Shown: positions 57,578-64,000 of the stretch, piece by piece | Position numbering within the stretch: position 1 is the first letter of the stretch | How the letters are laid out: every line of letters starts with the position of its first letter | Assembly: GCF_009914755.1 (NCBI RefSeq) | Contig: NC_060927.1 | From: the human T2T-CHM13v2.0 reference genome, Homo sapiens | Reading direction: 5' to 3' (one strand) | DNA length: 64,000 bases | Program-made: the position numbers and the translations under genes | Notes under the pieces: generated by a model | Databases searched by the model: none | What the model was told of the DNA's origin: nothing | What the model saw: only the letters and a program-made list of their open reading frames with translations

Positions 57578-60500
57578 ACAAAACAGACTTTAAACCAACA
57601 AAGATCAAAAAAGACAAAGGCATTACATAATGGTAAAGGGATCAATTCAACAAGAAGAGCTAACTATCCTAAATGTATATGCACTCAATACGGGAGAACC
57701 CAGATTCAAAAAACAAGTTCCTAGAGGCCTACAAAGAGACTTAGACCCCCACACAAGAATAGTGGGGGACTTTAACACCCCACTCTCAATATTAGACAGA
57801 TCATTGAGACAGAAAATTAACAGGGATATTCAGGACTTAAACTCAGCTCTGGATCAAGTGGACCTCATAGATATCTACAGAACTCTCCACCTCAAAACAA
57901 CAGAATGTAAATTCTTCTCAGTGCCACGTGGCACTTACCCTAAAATCAATCACATAATTGGAAGTAAAACACTCCTCAGCAAATGCAAAAGGACTGAAAC
58001 CCTAACTAACAGTCTCTCAGACCACAGCACAATCAAATTAGAACTCAAGATTAAGAAACTCACTCAAAAGCACACAACTACAAGGGAATTGAACAACTTG
58101 CGCCTGAATGACTCCTTGGGCAAATAATGAAATTAAGGGAGAAATCAAAGAGTTATTTGAAACCAATGAAAACAAAAAGACAACATACCAGAATCTCTGG
58201 GATGCAGCTAAAGCAGTGTTAGGAGAGAAATTTATAGCCCAATGCCCTCATCAAAAAGTTAGAATGATCTCAAATCAACACCCTAACATCACAACTAAAA
58301 GAACTGGAGAGCCAGGAGCAAACAAACCCCAAAGCTAGCAGAAGACAAGAAATAACCAAGATTGGAGTAGAACTGAAGGAGATAGAAACACGAAAACCCT
58401 TCAAAAAAATAAATGAATCCAAGAGCCGGTTTTTTGAAAAAATTAATAAAATAGACCACTAGCTAGAATAATAAAGAAGAAAAGAGAATAATCAGACACA
58501 ATAGAAAATGATAAAGGGGATATCACCAATGAACCCACAGAAATACAAACAACCATCAGAGTATACTATAAACACCTCTATGCACATAAACTAGAAAATC
58601 TAGAAGAAATTGATAAATTCCTGGACACATACACACTCCTAAGACTGAACCAGGAGAAATTGAATCTCTGAATAGACCAATAACAAGTTCTGAAATTGCA
58701 GCAGTAATAAATAGCAAAGCAACCAAAAAAAGCTCAGGACCAGGTGGATTTACTGCTGAAATCTACCAGAGATACAGAGGAGCTGGTACCATTTTTTTCT
58801 GAAATGATTCCAAACAACTGAAAAGGAGGTACTTCTCCCTAACTCATTTTATGAGGCCAGCATCATCCTGATATCATAACCTGAGAGAGATACAACAAAA
58901 AAAGAAAACTTTAGGCCAATATCCCTGATGAACATTGATGCAAAAACCCTCTACAAAATACTGGCAAGCTGAATCCAGTAGCACATCAAAAAACTCATCC
59001 ACCATGATCAAGTCAACTTCATCCCTGTCATGTAAGCCTGGTTCAACATATGCAAATCAATAAACATAATTCATCACATAAACAGAACTGAAGACAAAAA
59101 ACACATGATCACCTCAATAGATGCAGAAAAGACCTTTGGTAAAATTCAACATCCTTTCATGTTAAAAAGTCTCAATAAGCTAGGTATTGATGGACATAGC
59201 CCAAAATAATAAGAGCCATTTATGACAGACCCAAAGCCAATATCATACCAAATGGTCAAAAGGTGGAAACATTCCCCTTGAAAACCAGCACAAGACAAAG
59301 ATACGCTCTCTTACCACTCCTATTCAGTGTAGTATTGAAGTTCTGGGTAGAGCAATCAGGTAAGAAAAAGATATAAAGGATATTCAAATAAGAAGAGAGG
59401 AAGTCAAACTGTCTCTGCAGATGATATAATCTTATGTCTAGAAAACCCCATCATCTCAGCCCCAAAGCTTCTTAAGCTGTTAAGAAACTTCAGCAAAGTC
59501 TCAGGATACAAAATCAATGTGCAAAAATCACAAGCATTTCTATACACCAACAATAGACAAGCAGAAAGCCAAATCATGAATGAACTCCCATTTACAATTG
59601 CTACAAAGAGAGTAAAATACCTAGGAATACAGCTAACAATGGAAGTGAAGGACCTCTTCAAGGATAACTACAAAGTACTGCTCAAGGAAATCAGAGCGGA
59701 CACAAACAAATTGCATGGGAAGAATCAATATCGTGAAAATGGCCATACTGCCCAAAGCAATTTATAGATTCAATGCTGTTACCATTAAACTACCACTGAC
59801 ATTCTTTGCAGAATTAGAAAAACTACTTTAAAATTCCTATGGAACCTAAAAAGAGCCCATATAGCCAAGACAATCCTAAGCAAAAAGAACAAAGCTGGAG
59901 GCATCATGCTACCTGACTTCAAACTATATTACAAGGCTACAGTAACAAAAACAGCATGGTACTGGTACCAAAACAGACACATAGACCAATGGAACAGAAT
60001 AGAGATCTCAGAAATAAGTCCACACACCTACAACCATCTGACCTTCGAGAAACCTGGCAAAAACAATCAATGGGGAAAGGATTCCCTATTTAATAAATGA
60101 TGCTGGGAAAACTGGCTAGCCATATGCAGAAAATTGAAACTGGAACCCTTCCTTATGCCTTATACAAAAATTAACTCAAGATGGATTAAAGACTTAAATG
60201 TAAAACCCCAAACTATAAAAACCCTAGAAGGAAATCTAGGCAATACCATTCAGGACATAGGCATGGGAAAAGATTTAATGACAAAAATGTCAAAAGCAAT
60301 TGCAACAAAAGCAAACATTGACAAATGGGATTTAATTAGGCTAAAGAACTCTGCACAGCAAAAGAAACTATCATCAGAATGAACAGACAACCTACAGAAT
60401 GGGAGAAAATTTTTGAAATCTATCCATCTGACAAAGGTGTAATGTCCAGAATCTACAAGGAACTTAAACAAATTTATGAGAAAAAAACAACCCCATTAAA

Positions 60501-61359
60501 AAGTGGGCAAAGGACATGAACAGACAGTTCTCAAAAGAAGGCATTTATGTGACCAACAAACATACGAAGAAAAGCTCAACATTACTGATCATTAGAGAAA
60601 TGCAAATTAAAATCACAATGAGATACCATCTCATACAAGTTAGAAAGATGATTATTAAAAGTCAAGAAACAACAGATGCTGGTGAGGCTGTGGAGAAAAA
60701 GGAACACTTTTACACTGTTGGTGGGAATGTAAATTAGTTCAACCATTGTGGAAGACAGTGTGGCAATTCCTCAAAGACCTAGAACCAGAGATACCATTTG
60801 ACCCAGCAATCTTATTACTGGGTATATACCCAAAGGAATATAAATCATTCTTTATAAGGATATATGCACATGTATATTCATTGCAGCACTATTCACAATA
60901 GCAAAGGCATGGAATCAACCTAAACGCCCATCAACGACAGACTGCATAAAGAAAATGTGGTACAAATACACCATGGAATAATACTATGCAGCCATAAAAA
61001 GGAATGAGATCATGTTCTTTGCAGGCACATGGATGGAGCTGGAAGCCTTTAACCTCAGCAAACTTATGCAGGAACAGAAAACCAGACACTGCATGTTCTC
61101 ACTTATAAGTGGGAGCTGAACAATGAGAATACATGGACACAGGGAGAGGAACAACACACATTGGGGCCTGTCGGAGGGGGTTGGGGGAGGGAGAGCATCA
61201 GGATAAATAGCTAATGCATGTGGGGCTTAATACCTAGGTGATGGGTTAATAGGTGCAGCAAACCACCATGGCACACATTTACCTATGTAACAAACCTGCA
61301 CGTCCTGCACATGTATCCTGGAACTTAAAATAAAATGAAGTTAAAAAAAATTAAAAAAA
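57578..61359 (+). mobile_element. 5'-truncated older L1PA element (~3.8 kb), ORF2 disrupted
   Basis: Endonuclease motifs GDFNTPL and SDH in ORF 57630-58127, further ORF2 pieces with frameshifts and stops, L1PA-type 3'UTR and A-rich tail. Confidence 0.95.
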
Positions 61360-61363
61360 GAAG

Positions 61364-61955
61364 TGTTGAGGCTGATAAACTAATACCTTAAAATATAGTG
61401 CTTTGACATGCTGAACTAAAGCAGAAGCCTCAAGGTCTCTCTGACCAACCCCCTCCAGCCCCCGACCCCTGCCGCCCCACAATCCTGTCTCTCAATCCTC
61501 AACTCCAGACCTGACAAAGAAGAAAATAATTACCTCTTACCTCTGATCCCTACCCTGAGTTTTCATTAACTGAGCTCATAATGCAGAAAGAAAGACTGAA
61601 CTCTGTCAATATACCTGGACAGACTTTGGTCACAAACCATTATCTACTATTTGGGCTGGCCTAGCCGGCTTTGGCCCAGGCCGTTGTATATTGTTCAAGC
61701 TCATTGAATTCCTCTAAAAATAATTTATTACACCACTAAAATTATCCATATTTCCCCACCTCCTTTTTCCCTAGGAGGGGGAAGAAGGAGTATTTAGTCA
61801 TCTGTACCCCATTGTGTGGTGGGGTAATCACTCTGATTCTCCCTCGTGCACATTAATACATTTGTATGTCTTTTCTCCTGTTAATCTGTCTTTTGTCCAC
61901 TGATTTTCAGTGAATCTTCAGAGGGCTAAGGATAAGTTTTCCCTTGACCCCTACA
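61364..61955 (+). mobile_element. ERV1 solo LTR (MER39-like)
   Basis: TG...CA termini (tgttgaggctg...gacccctaca) and 4-bp TSD GAAG at 61360-61363 and 61956-61959. Confidence 0.8.
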
Positions 61956-64000
61956 GAAGCAACAGATACCTGTAGAGATAGCGACGTGGATGGATCTTAA
62001 AATCCTAGTGAAAAAAGTACAAAATAGAATGAAATAGAAAACTAAACACCATTTAATTTGTGTGAATTAATGTGAAAAACATGAACACAAAATAAAAATA
62101 TCCATTTGTGAGAACATACACAAGCAGATACTTATTAAATATATTAGAATGACTGTCAAGTGACCAGAAAAAGGGAATGGAACTGGAGTATGAGAATAAA
62201 AGAGAATATACCAATCAATCAACTGGGTCAGCTCCCTTAGGCTTTTGAAGAGATAGCAGTTAGTTGCCAAGGCAGCAGAAACAGATGTGGAAAATCTTGG
62301 GTTCCCTCCATTTCTCAATATTTCCTTATCATCACATCTTATACTGCCTAACTCATCTGTTCTCCATGAAAGCTGGCCCACAAAAATGCAATTAGTTAGA
62401 AGCAGTCTCCTGATAGTACTTCATTTCCTGCCCAATTTCATGTGAAAATGTCTTTCGCCCTGCATCTGGAGCTTTGACGCTTTCCTGATATTCTGGCCAA
62501 ACCTGACAATTCTTTGGTGATCTAAATGCTAGTATAGAGTTGATAACATTACTTCTTATTGCAAAGAAATTATGGAAAGCAAGCTCACATTTATATTGAC
62601 AGTGAAGAAACCCCTTGTTTTGTACAAGGTCTAACTTAATGCTTGTATATGCAGCTGCTTTCTAGGAGTGAGGATGCAATGTCTGTCCTTAACATTCATT
62701 CTGGAATTGGAGTTCCAGAGCTACTAAAGTTATAGGAAGTAAGAGCTAAATTACATTAAATGGAAAAATAGCACAAATAAAGGGAATAAGTAGCATAAGA
62801 GATTTAGTCAGAAGGTGAATTGTTTAATGAAAAGCCCCCTTTCTGTAATTTATAATAATGGGAGTTCAACAGCCTATTTCTTCCAGTCTGTCTCAAGACA
62901 ATAATTAGAGTATTTTATTTCATTTTATTTTGCAGGCTTCAAAATTTAAAGGAGGTGTCAAAATGGAGGGTAGAAAAAGGGTAAGATATGTTAACAATAT
63001 TTAGTATGATTTATGGGTGTGGTTAAAAATTCCCCATTATAGTAACTAATTAGATATCTTGAATATAAGAATTCTTGGCTTCTCTTGATTTATCGAATTA
63101 ATTCTTCAAATTCACTAGGATCTCAGTTTCTTTACCAGAAAAGGAAGAAACTAAAGTATAGCTTTCATTCATATTCCAAGATCTTTGAAGAGTAATAAAG
63201 TTATTCTCTTCAAGTATTACTTTCAGGGTCATCACGACCTCCTTGGGAGAAGACTTCATGTGGCTGTTGTAAGTTTTAATTATCATCAGTTTCTATGTTA
63301 AATATCTTGAAAAGTCTTTAGATCTGGAAAGATTTTTTTCGTTCAAGTTTAAATAAGTCGATTTCCAAATTTGAAATTTGAGAAGTTGGAATGAGAATGG
63401 GAAAAGTAGAAGCTCATGGTATAATGATAAGAAAATATCAACAGTAGTTGAAAAATGTCTTGCCCTCTCCCTGTGGGTCATTGTAAACCATTTTTAAGCC
63501 TTTATCCGAAAAAAGAATGTTCAACAACATGATAAGCTCTCAGGAAGATTGTGAAAACGCCAAAGCTAAATCTCTAGATTAAAGTAAAATGACTACTGAT
63601 TTGAATAACATTATGTTTACTCTGTTGAATCTATCATCTTTATCCTTCAAAAGTTGTATAGTTTGAGCCAGATTTTCTCATTTCAGTTTAAAAGATCCAA
63701 GCCATTCTTATGTCTAGATTTATCTATGGTTACTATGGAGATGGCTCACTTGGTGTGAGGATTTACAATGTCATCCCAAAAGAGAAAATAATTTGGGCTA
63801 TTGAGTGCTTTAAAGACCTTGCGAGGTGAGGGGGTTGGGGAAAGACCAAAAGTTGCTGACATTTTAGTTGAGACTCAGTGATTCATGGATAGTGGGTCAG
63901 GGAGTGGGGATCGGTTATGTTCTGCATATGATGGTGCCCATCTTGACAATTGTGTCACCTTGTACACACCAGTGTTAGCTACTATACAGCCATTCTATTC

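Noticed and set aside
57630-60737. Endonuclease and reverse-transcriptase ORF pieces as a novel or active retroelement
   Set aside because: This is an ordinary 5'-truncated L1 ORF2 with many frameshifts and stops.

Overview
Primate (most likely human) genomic DNA, AT-rich and dense in repeats (Alu including an AluYa5, L1, L2, MIR, MaLR/ERV1 LTRs, hAT MER elements). It holds one protein-coding gene, SPTSSB (serine palmitoyltransferase small subunit B, 76 aa), on the minus strand. Inferred structure: non-coding exon 1 at the edge of a CpG island (~32.2-33.8 kb), a 93-nt 5'UTR exon 2 (20567-20659), and exon 3 (from 7120) with the whole CDS (7088-6858) and a ~1.3-kb 3'UTR. The region beyond ~34 kb is intergenic and mostly old transposon remnants. 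The other ORFs in the track are repeat-derived, low-complexity, GC-shadow or short ORFs I could not support. I see no evidence of a wholly new gene system. The most interesting signal is the SPTSSB 5'UTR: an antisense-MIR-derived exon that starts with an AUG (10-codon uORF), appears to end in a GC-type donor, and is open in the CDS frame. Also notable are a closely spaced inverted Alu pair, a 236-bp local duplication, a young AluYa5 and an apparent templated insertion inside an L1. Repeat subfamily calls and most repeat boundaries are by eye and approximate.
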